A stretch of DNA of 64,000 nt, taken from assembly GCA_019120275.1 (NCBI GenBank), contig DWVL01000085.1:16382-80381 (forward strand), read 5' to 3'. Shown here piece by piece: positions 1 to 10,590 of the stretch. This DNA is from Candidatus Mediterraneibacter excrementavium (lineage in GTDB: Bacteria; Bacillota; Clostridia; Lachnospirales; Lachnospiraceae). Position 1 is the first letter of the stretch, and every line of letters begins with the position of its first letter. The notes under the pieces are model-generated. The model did not search any database. It was given only the letters and a program-made list of their open reading frames with translations, and had not been told where the DNA came from. A program made the translations under genes and the position numbers.

Positions 1-1
1 G

Positions 2-502
2 ATCGGCTCGGTGGAACTGGCAACCATGACTTTCGGACAGTCTTTCCAGGTGACGCCGGTCCAGATGGCAGCCACAGTGAGCTCGATCATCAACGGCGGC
101 AGACGGGTGACGCCGCACATTGCCACGGGGATTGCGGATAAATCCGGGGAACTGGTGAAAAAATTTGAATTTCCGGAGAAAAAAGGGATCGTCTCAGAGG
201 AAACTTCGGAAACTATGCGCAAACTGCTGGAATCCGTGGTCGCTGAGGGCTCCGGGAATAATGCGTTTATCGAAGGGTATTCGATCGGGGGCAAGACAGC
301 GACGTCCCAGACCCTCCCGAGGAGCGCCAATAAGTATATCGCTTCTTTTGTGGGATTCGCCCCGGCGGAGGATCCGCAGGTGCTGGGGATGGTCATCATA
401 CATGACCCCCAGGGCGTCTATTACGGCGGTACGATAGCGGCTCCTGTGCTGCGGGATATTTTTGACAATGTGCTGCCGTATCTCGGGATTGAAAAAATGT
501 AA
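2..502 (+). CDS. Class B penicillin-binding protein (FtsI/SpoVD family), C-terminal part; 5' end outside window
   Basis: Transpeptidase C-terminal motifs FGQSFQVTPVQMA, GGKTATSQ (KTG-like), YYGGTIAAP; lies directly upstream of mraY. Confidence 0.88.
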   Translation: MGSVELATMTFGQSFQVTPVQMAATVSSIINGGRRVTPHIATGIADKSGELVKKFEFPEKKGIVSEETSETMRKLLESVVAEGSGNNAFIEGYSIGGKTATSQTLPRSANKYIASFVGFAPAEDPQVLGMVIIHDPQGVYYGGTIAAPVLRDIFDNVLPYLGIEKM

Positions 503-576
503 ACCATGGTTTATACTTAATGAGATGTTCAGGCGGGGCAGCCCGCGGAAAACAAAAGAGATAAAGAGGTGTATTT

Positions 577-1533
577 ATGAGCAGTCATGTAGTGATCCCG
601 GTTCTGATATCATTTGCGGTCAGCCTGATACTCGGGCCGGTTATCATTCCTTTTTTGAGAAAGCTGAAAATGAAACAGACAGAGCGTGTGGACGGAGTGC
701 AGTCGCACCTGAAGAAAGCGGGTACGCCGACCATGGGAGGGATCATCATTCTGATCTCCGTTGTCGTTACGTCTCTGATCTACGTAAAAGACTATCCGAA
801 GATCATACCGGTGCTTTTCCTTACTGTTGCGTTCGGACTCATCGGTTTTCTGGATGATTATCTGAAGGTTGTACTGAAGCGTTCCGACGGCCTGATGCCG
901 ATGCAGAAGATGGCGCTGCAGATCGTGGTTACAGCGGTGTTCGCTTTTTATCTGGTCCGTGTGGCGGATATCCCGCTGACGATACTGATCCCGTTCTCGG
1001 GCGGATATTACTGGGATATCGGCTGGCTTGCCGTTCCGGTCCTGTTCTTTGCTGTGATCGGTACGGTCAATGGCACGAATTTTACGGACGGCCTGGATGG
1101 ACTGGCGTCCAGTGTTACGGTCCTTGTGGCCACATTTTTTACGGTGGTAGCCATTGGCACGGGAAGCGGGATCGAGCCGGTGACCTGCGCGGTGGTAGGA
1201 GCCCTGCTCGGCTTCCTGCTTTTTAATGTGTATCCTGCCAGCGTATTTATGGGCGACACAGGATCTCTGGCGCTTGGCGGATTCGTGGCTGGAACGGCGT
1301 ATATGCTTCAGATGCCGCTGTTCATTATTATCGTTGGATTTATCTATCTGCTGGAAGTGGCGTCCGTGATCATCCAGGTGACTTATTTTAAGGCGACGCA
1401 CGGCAAACGGATCTTTAAGATGGCTCCGATCCATCATCATTTTGAATTATGCGGCTGGTCGGAGACGAGAGTGGTGGCGGTGTTCTCGATCGTCACAGCG
1501 CTTCTCTGTCTGATCGCTTTAATGGGGGTATGA
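577..1533 (+). CDS. mraY: Phospho-N-acetylmuramoyl-pentapeptide transferase
   Basis: KAGTPTMGG, DDYLK, NFTDGLDGLA, FMGDTGS, MAPIHHHFE motifs; multi-TM; GAGG RBS. Confidence 0.97.
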   Translation: MSSHVVIPVLISFAVSLILGPVIIPFLRKLKMKQTERVDGVQSHLKKAGTPTMGGIIILISVVVTSLIYVKDYPKIIPVLFLTVAFGLIGFLDDYLKVVLKRSDGLMPMQKMALQIVVTAVFAFYLVRVADIPLTILIPFSGGYYWDIGWLAVPVLFFAVIGTVNGTNFTDGLDGLASSVTVLVATFFTVVAIGTGSGIEPVTCAVVGALLGFLLFNVYPASVFMGDTGSLALGGFVAGTAYMLQMPLFIIIVGFIYLLEVASVIIQVTYFKATHGKRIFKMAPIHHHFELCGWSETRVVAVFSIVTALLCLIALMGV

Positions 1534-1537
1534 TACA

Positions 1538-2884
1538 ATGGATATTCGAGGTAAGAAGGTACTGGTATTCGGCTCAGGGATCAGCGGGGAGGCTGCAGCG
1601 GGCCTGCTTGCGGAACAGGGTGCGCAGATCATTCTCTATGACGGCAATGAGAAGCTTGACAGAGATGCGATAAGCCGCCGCGTCCCGGAAGGAGCGGAGA
1701 TCATTCTCGGCGCGTTTCCGGAGGAACTTGCTGACAGTCTGGAACTGGTAGTCATGAGTCCCGGCGTTCCGGTGGACCTTCCGGTTGTGGAGCGCATGAA
1801 AGAGCGCGGCATACCGGTCTGGGGAGAGATCGAGCTTGCCTATACATATGCGAAGGGCGATGTCCTGGCGATCACCGGTACGAATGGCAAGACGACGACC
1901 ACCACGCTGCTCGGCGAGATCATGAAGGCAGCGGCTGAGAGCGTATTTATCGTAGGAAATATCGGCACACCGTATACCGGAGTTGCTTCTGAAACGAAGG
2001 AGGATTCCGTGACCGTGGCTGAGATCAGCAGCTTCCAGCTGGAGACTGTGCACAGCTTCCGCCCGAAGGTGAGCGCGATCCTGAATATTACGCCGGATCA
2101 TCTGAACCGGCATCATACGATGGAAGCATATATAGCTGCCAAGGAGAGAATAACGGAGAATCAGACACCGGATGATTACTGCGTGCTTAACTATGAAGAC
2201 GACGTGCTGCGCCGGTTCGGGGAATCCGTACGTGCACAGGTTCTATATTTCAGCAGCCGGCGTAAACTTAACAGAGGCGTTTATCTTGACGGCGACAGGA
2301 TCATCTGCGGGATCGACAGGGAGACGGAGATCTGCAGGACCGGAGACCTTCAGATCCTGGGCGTGCATAATTATGAGAATGTGATGGCGGCCGTGGCCAT
2401 GGCGTATGTCTATGGCGTGCCCGTGGATGTGATCCGGCGGGTGGTTACGTCTTTTAAAGGCGTAGAACACCGGATTGAATTCGTGGCTGAGAAAAACGGC
2501 GTCGCTTACTATAATGATTCAAAAGGAACGAATCCGGATGCGGCGATCCGCGGGATCCGTGCTATGAATCGGCCGACCGTGCTGATCGGCGGCGGATATG
2601 ACAAGGATTCTTCCTATGAGGAATGGATCGAAGCTTTTGACGGCAAGGTGAAGAAGCTGGTGCTGATCGGAGCCACGAGGGAAAAGATTGCTGAGACCGC
2701 CCGCAGGCTGGGCTTTACGGATATCGTGATGGCTGACAGTTTCGAGGAGGCATTTGAAAAATGCACAGAATACGCAGAGCCGGGAGATGCGGTCCTGCTT
2801 TCTCCGGCATGCGCAAGCTGGGGAATGTTTAAGAATTATGAAGAACGCGGAGATAAATTCAGAGAACTTGTAGAACAACTGTAG
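1538..2884 (+). CDS. murD: UDP-N-acetylmuramoyl-L-alanine--D-glutamate ligase
   Basis: ITGTNGKTTT P-loop, EISSFQL, DHLNRH, NDSKGTN, LSPACAS motifs. Confidence 0.97.
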   Translation: MDIRGKKVLVFGSGISGEAAAGLLAEQGAQIILYDGNEKLDRDAISRRVPEGAEIILGAFPEELADSLELVVMSPGVPVDLPVVERMKERGIPVWGEIELAYTYAKGDVLAITGTNGKTTTTTLLGEIMKAAAESVFIVGNIGTPYTGVASETKEDSVTVAEISSFQLETVHSFRPKVSAILNITPDHLNRHHTMEAYIAAKERITENQTPDDYCVLNYEDDVLRRFGESVRAQVLYFSSRRKLNRGVYLDGDRIICGIDRETEICRTGDLQILGVHNYENVMAAVAMAYVYGVPVDVIRRVVTSFKGVEHRIEFVAEKNGVAYYNDSKGTNPDAAIRGIRAMNRPTVLIGGGYDKDSSYEEWIEAFDGKVKKLVLIGATREKIAETARRLGFTDIVMADSFEEAFEKCTEYAEPGDAVLLSPACASWGMFKNYEERGDKFRELVEQL

Positions 2885-2897
2885 GGAGTGGGATTTA

Positions 2898-3983
2898 TTG
2901 AAGCGTTCCGGGCAACGAAGACGGTATGACGAGACAATGGCGGCAGTGGTCCTGATCCTGGTGCTTGCGGGGCTGGTCCTGCTGTACAGTACCAGCGCCT
3001 ATAATGGCAGGATTAAATTCCTCGATGAGTGGTATTATCTGAAGAAGCAGGGGTTTGCCACGCTGATCGGCCTGGCCGGTATGCTGATCGTCTCACGGAT
3101 CGATTATCACCGCTGGGCGGTCCTGGCGCTTCCCGGATATCTGGCGGCGATCGTGCTTTCCGTGGCTGTCATGCTTTTCGGAGATGAGTATAACGGGTCC
3201 AAAAGATGGCTGTCTTTGGGCCCGCTTTCATTTCAGCCTTCGGAATTCTCGAAGGTTGCGGTGATCATTTTCCTGGCATGGCTGATCAGCCGTTATTCCG
3301 GCCGTCCGGACCGGTTCCGGAAGATCCTGGTCCTGTTTCTTCCGGTGCTTCCGATCGCAGGTCTGGTAGGGGCCAGCAATCTGAGTACGGCGATCATCAT
3401 CCTCGGGATCGCGGCTGTACTTATCTTCGCGGCCAGTCCGAAGTATTCGCCTTTCATCTGGATGGGGACATCGGCGATTGCGTTTATGGCTGTATTTCTG
3501 GCTATGGAGAGTTATCGCCTGGAACGGCTTGCCATCTGGCGGGACCCGGAAAAATATGAGAAAGGCTATCAGACGCTTCAGGGTCTGTATGCGATCGGGA
3601 GCGGCGGCATATTCGGAAGAGGACTGGGGAGCAGTGTGCAGAAGCTCGGGTTTCTTCCGGAAGCACAGAATGATATGATCTTTTCCATTATCTGCGAGGA
3701 ACTGGGACTTGTGGGGGCAGGGATTATAATCCTGCTGTTCTTTTTGCTGATCTGGCGTTTTTTTCTCACAGCGGTAAGGGCGCCGGATCTCTTTGGCGCG
3801 CTGATCGCTTCGGGGGCGATGGCTCATCTGATGATACAGGTGATCCTGAATATCGCGGTTGTTACGAATACGATCCCGAATACCGGGATCACACTGCCGT
3901 TTATCAGCTACGGCGGCACGTCGGTTGTATTTTTGCTGTTGGAAATAGGGGTTGTGCTGAATGTATCCGGTCTGGTAAAATGA
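2898..3983 (+). CDS. ftsW: SEDS family peptidoglycan glycosyltransferase (FtsW/SpoVE)
   Basis: GSKRWL, FQPSEFSK, PEAQNDMIF, GITLPFISYGGTS motifs; about 10 TM segments. Confidence 0.9.
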   Translation: MKRSGQRRRYDETMAAVVLILVLAGLVLLYSTSAYNGRIKFLDEWYYLKKQGFATLIGLAGMLIVSRIDYHRWAVLALPGYLAAIVLSVAVMLFGDEYNGSKRWLSLGPLSFQPSEFSKVAVIIFLAWLISRYSGRPDRFRKILVLFLPVLPIAGLVGASNLSTAIIILGIAAVLIFAASPKYSPFIWMGTSAIAFMAVFLAMESYRLERLAIWRDPEKYEKGYQTLQGLYAIGSGGIFGRGLGSSVQKLGFLPEAQNDMIFSIICEELGLVGAGIIILLFFLLIWRFFLTAVRAPDLFGALIASGAMAHLMIQVILNIAVVTNTIPNTGITLPFISYGGTSVVFLLLEIGVVLNVSGLVK

Positions 3984-4008
3984 CAGAGAAGGAGATGGAG
4001 ACGGACTG

Positions 4009-4752
4009 ATGAGAGATAAGAAGAACAAGAAGATAAAAATATGGCCATTTGTACTTGGTTTTTTTGGCGCGCTTTGTGTGATGGCTGTCGCGGCTTTTAT
4101 GCTGTGCCGGACCAGAGGTTATGAGATCGAAGGCAATTCCTATTACAGTGACAATACGATCACAACATGGGTGGAAAACGATAAGCTTTCCTTTAATACG
4201 TTGTTCATACTGGCTAAATATAATCTGACGGATCCGGAACTTCCGGCAGGCGTGGAGCGTCTGCATGTGTCGCTTAAGAATCCGTGGACGGTAAAGATAA
4301 AGGTGGAAGAAAAGGAACTGGCAGGATATGTAGCCTTCGAGGATGCGAATCTGTACTTTGACAGCGAGGGCACTGCAGTCCTGCGTTCAAAAAAAGTTAT
4401 AGAAGGAGTGCCGTACATAGAAGGACTGGCGTTTGACGCTGCCACGACTGAGGTCGGTAAGCCGCTGCCTGCGGAGGACGACGGGATATTCGGTCAGATC
4501 GTGGATGTTTCCCGCAATCTGAAGAAATACAACCTTGCTCCGGACCGCCTTTCCTGCGCGGATGGTGAGATGAGGATTTACTTCGGAGTTGTGGAAGTTC
4601 TCCTGGGCGCGGGTGAATACGAAGAAAAGCTGCAGCAGGTGGAGCCGATCCTTGCGAAACTGAATGAATTGTATCCAGGCATGGCGGGGACTCTGCACCT
4701 TGAGAATTATGAGTCCGGATCAGACTCGATCCGATTTGTGCCCGCAGCGTAA
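4009..4752 (+). CDS. divIB: Cell division protein FtsQ/DivIB
   Basis: Basic N-terminus, one TM, POTRA-like IEGNSYYS...PWTVKIKVEEK; position between ftsW and ftsZ. Confidence 0.8.
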   Translation: MRDKKNKKIKIWPFVLGFFGALCVMAVAAFMLCRTRGYEIEGNSYYSDNTITTWVENDKLSFNTLFILAKYNLTDPELPAGVERLHVSLKNPWTVKIKVEEKELAGYVAFEDANLYFDSEGTAVLRSKKVIEGVPYIEGLAFDAATTEVGKPLPAEDDGIFGQIVDVSRNLKKYNLAPDRLSCADGEMRIYFGVVEVLLGAGEYEEKLQQVEPILAKLNELYPGMAGTLHLENYESGSDSIRFVPAA

Positions 4753-4890
4753 ATAGTTTAAAAAATCAGAAAAATAGCAAAAAATCTATTGATTATTTGC
4801 GTAAAAGACTATATTATATACTTATTGGATTGTACCGTCCAATAAAGGGATGTATAAGCAATTAATAAGACGACAAAGGAGGAAATACTC

Positions 4891-6063
4891 TTGTTAGAAA
4901 TTAAAACCAACGAATCGGAAGCGGCCGCAAGAATAATTGTTGTCGGAGTAGGCGGCGGCGGAAATAACGCTGTGAACCGCATGATCGATGAGCAGATCGC
5001 GGGCGTGGAATTTATCGCAGTAAATACAGATAAGCAGGCGCTTCAGCTTTGTAAGGCGCCGACACTGATGCAGATCGGCGAGAAGCTTACGAAGGGGCTT
5101 GGCGCAGGAGCACAGCCTGAGGTTGGAGAGAAAGCGGCAGAGGAAAGTTCAGAGGAGATTTCAGCAGCTCTCAAGGGAGCGGACATGGTGTTCGTTACCT
5201 GCGGTATGGGCGGCGGAACAGGTACAGGTGCCGCACCGGTCATCGCACGGATCGCGAAAGAGCAGGGTGCGCTGACAGTAGGCGTTGTAACGAAGCCGTT
5301 CCGTTTTGAGTCCAAGACGAGAATGCAGAATGCCCTCAATGGTATTGATAAATTAAAAGAGAATGTAGATACGATCATCGTGATCCCGAATGATAAACTT
5401 CTGGAGGTCGTTGACAGACGTACGACGATGCCGGAGGCTCTGAAGAAGGCGGACGAGGTCCTGCAGCAGGGTATCCAGGGCATCACAGACCTGATCAATG
5501 TACCGTCACTGATCAACCTGGATTTCGCAGATATCCAGACGGTAATGAAGGACAAGGGCATCGCCCACATTGGTATCGGTTCGGGACGCGGCGACGACAA
5601 GGCTCTCGAAGCAGTCAAGGAGGCTGTTGCCAGTCCGCTGCTTGAGACAACGATTCAGGGCGCTTCCAATGTTATCGTTAATGTATCCGGTGACATTACG
5701 CTTATGGATGCGTCTGATGCGGCTGATTACGTACAGGAACTTGCAGGCGAGAGCGCAAGCATTATCTTCGGTGCGATGTACGACGATACAAAATCCGATG
5801 AATGTACGATCACAGTTATTGCTACAGGCTTACATAATGTAGGCGGAAGCGCTTCCAAGCTGAAAGCGAGACTTGAGGGACAGCAGAAAGTCGGATCTAT
5901 CCTTCCGAACAGCGACGGACATTCTTCAGTGCGAAGCCGTCTCGAAGGAGAGAAGAGCGCTTCGAGGCCGCAGGGAGGCACCATGCCGACACTTCAGCCG
6001 AGGACGCCCTCCAGCAATGTGAAAGAGCAGTCCATCAAGATTCCGGATTTCTTTAAAAAGTAA
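4891..6063 (+). CDS. ftsZ: Cell division protein FtsZ
   Basis: [18 protein letters not shown] tubulin signature, INLDFAD, C-terminal IPDFFKK; TTG start after AAGGAGG. Confidence 0.99.
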   Translation: MLEIKTNESEAAARIIVVGVGGGGNNAVNRMIDEQIAGVEFIAVNTDKQALQLCKAPTLMQIGEKLTKGLGAGAQPEVGEKAAEESSEEISAALKGADMVFVTCGMGGGTGTGAAPVIARIAKEQGALTVGVVTKPFRFESKTRMQNALNGIDKLKENVDTIIVIPNDKLLEVVDRRTTMPEALKKADEVLQQGIQGITDLINVPSLINLDFADIQTVMKDKGIAHIGIGSGRGDDKALEAVKEAVASPLLETTIQGASNVIVNVSGDITLMDASDAADYVQELAGESASIIFGAMYDDTKSDECTITVIATGLHNVGGSASKLKARLEGQQKVGSILPNSDGHSSVRSRLEGEKSASRPQGGTMPTLQPRTPSSNVKEQSIKIPDFFKK

Positions 6064-6077
6064 TAACGTTTCTTTTG

Positions 6078-6109
6078 ATCTGTGCGGTTCATGCCGCACA
6101 GATTTTTTT
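6078..6109 (+). terminator. Rho-independent terminator after ftsZ
   Basis: ATCTGTGCGG-ttcatg-CCGCACAGAT followed by a T run. Confidence 0.85.
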
Positions 6110-6174
6110 GTCGAAATTTATTTTTCCCTGTCTGTCATTATCTGACAAATTTCCATTATCCAAAGCGCTATAAT
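6109..6174 (+). promoter_or_regulatory. Spo0A-dependent spoIIG-type promoter
   Basis: Perfect 0A box TGTCGAA (6109-6115); CTGACA (6142-6147) and TATAAT (6169-6174) separated by 21 bp, similar to the long spacer of the B. subtilis spoIIG promoter. Confidence 0.7.
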
Positions 6175-6204
6175 TGTCTTCGGGTCGCACGGAGGGGGTG
6201 AAGC

Positions 6205-6990
6205 ATGTACTATGAATTATACATAGATGTGTTTTTCCTTGAAAATTTTCTGATGGACAGTATCCTGCTGTTTCTGATCAACCGGATACTGAAATGCGGG
6301 CAGCCGGCGGGACGGATACTTGCAGGCGCCGCTGCAGGCAGTCTGCTGACCTGCGCAGCCATCGCCCTTCCGATCCCCGGTATGGTCAGAATGATCCTTT
6401 ATCATACTGCAGCCGGAAGCGTGATGCTTGCTGCAGGACTGAACATCAGGCGGAAAGCGCTGTTTGTGAAAGCCTTCATACTCTTATATGTGTGCGCTGT
6501 ATTTGTCGGCGGTTTACTTGTAGTCTTCAGGCCGTATATGCGCTGTGCGGGACTGTTTTACGCGGCAGCGGTGTCTGCGGCTTATATTTTCCGGAAACTG
6601 TGGAACGTGCTCAGCTGTCTGCAGGCCCGTAGCACGCATTTGCTGCCGGTCAGCCTTTATACGGAAACGGGAATGCTGGAAATCACGGCGCTTCTGGATA
6701 CGGGCAACTGTCTGCGGGATTTTGTGACAGGAGATCCGGTCAGTGTTCTGGACGAGGAGGTGTTCATGCGGCTTCCGGGAATGCCGGAAATGCCGGATGG
6801 CATGCGCCTGATCCCCTATCAGTGTACCGGGGGCAAATCCGTTATGCGCGTCTTCCGCATCAGGAGGATGTGTATACATATGGAAGAGGATAAATGGATC
6901 GAACACCCGCTTCTGGGGATCGGCGAGGAAGTCCTTTCAGGGGACGGAAGCTTTAAGATGCTTCTGAATCCGGCGGTCATGAATGCTTAA
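6205..6990 (+). CDS. spoIIGA: Pro-sigmaE processing aspartic peptidase
   Basis: [14 protein letters not shown]-terminus, 5 TM segments, LLDTGN aspartic motif; upstream of sigE. Confidence 0.92.
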   Translation: MYYELYIDVFFLENFLMDSILLFLINRILKCGQPAGRILAGAAAGSLLTCAAIALPIPGMVRMILYHTAAGSVMLAAGLNIRRKALFVKAFILLYVCAVFVGGLLVVFRPYMRCAGLFYAAAVSAAYIFRKLWNVLSCLQARSTHLLPVSLYTETGMLEITALLDTGNCLRDFVTGDPVSVLDEEVFMRLPGMPEMPDGMRLIPYQCTGGKSVMRVFRIRRMCIHMEEDKWIEHPLLGIGEEVLSGDGSFKMLLNPAVMNA

Positions 6991-7028
6991 AAAACAGACA
7001 AAAATTATACAGGACAGGAGGAAATCAG

Positions 7029-7769
7029 ATGTTGGCAAAAGCAGCAGTGCCGCATCATGCAGGGATGCGGATACTGACGGATATCAGAGGGCTGATATTC
7101 GGAACAGGAAAAGAGATTCATTATATCGGAGGCGCGGAGATCCTGCCTCCGCCTCTGGAAGAAGAGGAAGAGCAGAGAATGATTATGAGACTGGGGACGG
7201 GACAGGACGGCAGCGCCAAAAAGGTGCTGATCGAACATAATCTCCGCCTGGTCGTATACATTGCAAAAAGATTTGACAATACGGGGGTCGGAGTCGAGGA
7301 CCTGATCTCGATCGGGACGATCGGACTGATCAAGGCGATCAATACATTCAACCCGGTGAAAAAGATCAAACTTGCCACATACGCCTCGAGATGCATAGAA
7401 AACGAGATCCTTATGTATCTGCGGCGCAACAGCAAGACGAAAATGGAAGTGTCGATCGATGAACCGCTGAATGTAGACTGGGACGGCAACGAACTGTTGC
7501 TGTCAGATATACTCGGGACCGAGGAGGACACGATATACAGGGATCTGGAGAATGAAGCGGAGAGAAAGCTGCTCGTCAGGGCCCTGAATAAGCTGAGCAG
7601 CCGCGAAAAGCTGATCGTCCGGATGCGGTTCGGCCTGGACAATCCGGACGGTCAGGAAAAGACGCAGAAAGAAGTGGCAGATATGCTTGGGATCTCGCAG
7701 TCCTACATATCAAGGCTGGAAAAGAAGATCATGCAGAGGCTCAAAAAAGAGATGGTGCGCTACGAGTAG
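7029..7769 (+). CDS. sigE: Sporulation sigma factor SigE (pro-form)
   Basis: [54 protein letters not shown]. Confidence 0.97.
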   Translation: MLAKAAVPHHAGMRILTDIRGLIFGTGKEIHYIGGAEILPPPLEEEEEQRMIMRLGTGQDGSAKKVLIEHNLRLVVYIAKRFDNTGVGVEDLISIGTIGLIKAINTFNPVKKIKLATYASRCIENEILMYLRRNSKTKMEVSIDEPLNVDWDGNELLLSDILGTEEDTIYRDLENEAERKLLVRALNKLSSREKLIVRMRFGLDNPDGQEKTQKEVADMLGISQSYISRLEKKIMQRLKKEMVRYE

Positions 7770-7780
7770 GAGCCTGCCTT

Positions 7781-9502
7781 TCAGAGGTTGTAGTAATGCG
7801 CGTAGATCCCGCCTTTTTTCAGCAGCGTCTCGTGTGTTCCTCTTTCTGCAATTCCCTCTTCTGTGATGACGATGATCTCATCGGCGTTCCGGATGGTGGA
7901 GAGCCGGTGTGCGATGGTGATGGTGGTGCGGTTCCTGGAGAGTTCTTCCAGGCTCTGCTGGATCCAGCGTTCGCTTTCGTTGTCCAGAGCGCTTGTGGCT
8001 TCATCGAGGATGAGGACGGGCGGGTTCTTCAGAAATACGCGGGCAATGGAGATCCGCTGCTTCTGTCCTCCGGAAAGCCGTGCGCCGCGTTCTCCTACAA
8101 AGGTATCATAGCCGTCCGGCAGTTCGCTGATAAAATCATGGATATTGGCGCGCCGGGCGGCTTCTGTGATCTCTTCCATGGACGCGCCGGGTTTCCCGTA
8201 AGCGATGTTATCGCGGATGGTGCCGGAGAAAAGATAAACGTCCTGCTGTACCATTCCGATCTGGCTGCGCAGACTTTTCAGAGAGAGGGTGCGTACGTCT
8301 TTGCCGTCAATGGTGATCCGGCCGCCGGTCACATCGTAGAAGCGGGGCAGGAGCGAGCAGATCGTCGTTTTTCCGCTTCCGGAGGGGCCGACAAGGGCGA
8401 TGGATTTTCCTGCCGGGATCTCGAAGGATACGTGGGAGAGCACCGGCGTATCGTCATCGCTGTAGTGGAATGATACATCTTCATAGCAGACATGGCCTTT
8501 CACGTTTGTGAGTTCAACGGCATCCGCCGGATCTGTGATTTCCGGCCGGGTGTCCATCACTTCCAGAAAACGCCGGAAACCCGCAAGTCCTTTCTGCATC
8601 ATTTCTATAAGTTCTACGAGGATCTGGATCGGATTGATGAAAATACCGATATAGAGGGCATACATGGCAAGATCCACCGGCTCCATCCGGCCTTTTGCGA
8701 TGAGATATCCGCCAAAGACCAGTGTGACCAGATACATCATGCCCTGAAAGAACAGGTTCCAGCCCATGAAATTGCCCATACAGCTGTAGTTATCCCGCTT
8801 GGAGAGCAGGAACGCCTGATTGCTCCGGTAAAATTTTTTGCGTTCGATGTCTTCGTTTGCGAATGATTGTACGACCCGGATGCCGGCAAGCGTGTCCTGA
8901 AGGCTGGAATTCACATCGCCGATCTTGCGTCTGTTTTCCATGAAGGTCTCCTGCATCCGTGTGTTCTGGCGTACGGTGAAGAAGAACATGCACAGCACGA
9001 GCACCACAAGCGGCAGTGCGAGCTGCCAGTTGATCAGGAACAGGAACAGGAAGGAACCTGCGATCTTCACTACGGAGATGAAGAGGTTCTCGGGACCGTG
9101 GTGCGCGAATTCCGCAATGTCAAAGAGGTCGGATACGAGCTTGCTCATCATCTGTCCGGAATTGTTGCGGCTGTAGTAGGAGAAAGAAAGCTTTTCGTAA
9201 TGATCGAAGAGCTGCTGGCGCATATCTCTCTCCATGTTGGCGCCCATCATATGCCCCTGGTAGCTGACGTAATATTTGCACAGACTCTGCACTACATACA
9301 TAAGGAACAGTCCTGCGGCAATGAGGGGCAGTGCGGAAAGGATGGTCCGGCTGTCCCTGGTGAAGAGAGTGTTGGTCATCGTGCGCAGGATCTGCGGATA
9401 TGCGAGGTCGATAATGCTGATGGCTGCCGCGCATAAAAGGTCAATAAAAAAGACCGCTTTATACGGTGCATAGTAATCGATAAATCTGCGGATGGTCTGC
9501 AT
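7781..9502 (-). CDS. ABC exporter, fused permease and ATP-binding domain (MsbA-like)
   Basis: 6 TM segments, GPSGSGKT, LSGGQKQR, ILDEATS; start set at ATG 9502 from AGGAGG RBS. Confidence 0.93.
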   Translation of the reverse strand: MQTIRRFIDYYAPYKAVFFIDLLCAAAISIIDLAYPQILRTMTNTLFTRDSRTILSALPLIAAGLFLMYVVQSLCKYYVSYQGHMMGANMERDMRQQLFDHYEKLSFSYYSRNNSGQMMSKLVSDLFDIAEFAHHGPENLFISVVKIAGSFLFLFLINWQLALPLVVLVLCMFFFTVRQNTRMQETFMENRRKIGDVNSSLQDTLAGIRVVQSFANEDIERKKFYRSNQAFLLSKRDNYSCMGNFMGWNLFFQGMMYLVTLVFGGYLIAKGRMEPVDLAMYALYIGIFINPIQILVELIEMMQKGLAGFRRFLEVMDTRPEITDPADAVELTNVKGHVCYEDVSFHYSDDDTPVLSHVSFEIPAGKSIALVGPSGSGKTTICSLLPRFYDVTGGRITIDGKDVRTLSLKSLRSQIGMVQQDVYLFSGTIRDNIAYGKPGASMEEITEAARRANIHDFISELPDGYDTFVGERGARLSGGQKQRISIARVFLKNPPVLILDEATSALDNESERWIQQSLEELSRNRTTITIAHRLSTIRNADEIIVITEEGIAERGTHETLLKKGGIYAHYYNL

Positions 9503-9606
9503 GGTCTTCCTCCTTGTATAGATCTCCCAATATCTTATCATATCCGATTCTGCTTGACAAGGCATCGGCCAGTGTAATAACGTATGGGTATGTGAGGGAG
9601 ACGATT

Positions 9607-10590
9607 ATGAAGTTATATCTTGCCCCGTTGGAGGGGATTACAGGGTGGATCTTCCGGGGCGCCGTCCATGCGTGCTTCGGAGGATTTGACAAATATTTTG
9701 TGCCGTTTATCAAACCGAATCAGATGGGGCATTTCAGCGCCCGGGAGAAGAAGGATATCCTTCCGGAGCATAACCGGGGGATGTACACGGTTCCGCAGAT
9801 CCTGACAAATAAAGCCGAGGATTTTCTGAGAACGGCAAAGAAGCTTGAGGAATACGGGTACAGCGAGATCAATCTGAATCTGGGATGCCCGTCGAAAACG
9901 GTAGTCACAAAGGCCCGTGGTTCAGGCTTCCTGGCTTATCCGGAAGCACTGGAGCGGTTTCTTGACGAGATATTTGAGAAGTGCCCGATCCGCATTTCGG
10001 TGAAGACAAGGCTGGGAATGGAACAGCCGGAAGAGTTCGTCCGGATCCTGGAGATATATAACCGGTTTCCCATGGAAGAACTGATTATTCATCCGAGGGT
10101 TCAGAAAGATTTTTATAAGAATACGCCCAATCTGGAAATTTTCGGCTGCGCGCTTGCAGAGAGCCGGAATCCGGTATGTTACAACGGTGATATTTTCACA
10201 CCGGCTGATTTTGCCCGGTTTACGGAAGAATATCGTTCCGTGGAACGGGTGATGACCGGACGGGGCGTGCTGCGTGATCCGGCGCTGGCGCGTGAGATCC
10301 GGGGCGGAAGAGCGGCTGACAGGAATGAACTGCGAAGGTTCCACGACCTGTTGTATGCGGGGTATTGCGAGGAAATGTCCGGTGACAGGACGATCCTTTT
10401 TAAGATGAAAGAATTCTGGTCGTACATGGCTCCCGCATTTGCAGACAGTAAAAAGTATGCAAAGAAGATCAAAAAAGCGGAAAAATGCGCTGTTTACGAA
10501 CAGATCGTGGAAGAATTATTTGAAAAATGCGGACTCAGCAGGGAAGAGTCTGCTCCTGTCTGCGCAGCGCAGCCTCCACAAATCCCCTGA
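9607..10590 (+). CDS. tRNA-dihydrouridine synthase family protein
   Basis: [37 protein letters not shown] motifs. Confidence 0.9.
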   Translation: MKLYLAPLEGITGWIFRGAVHACFGGFDKYFVPFIKPNQMGHFSAREKKDILPEHNRGMYTVPQILTNKAEDFLRTAKKLEEYGYSEINLNLGCPSKTVVTKARGSGFLAYPEALERFLDEIFEKCPIRISVKTRLGMEQPEEFVRILEIYNRFPMEELIIHPRVQKDFYKNTPNLEIFGCALAESRNPVCYNGDIFTPADFARFTEEYRSVERVMTGRGVLRDPALAREIRGGRAADRNELRRFHDLLYAGYCEEMSGDRTILFKMKEFWSYMAPAFADSKKYAKKIKKAEKCAVYEQIVEELFEKCGLSREESAPVCAAQPPQIP

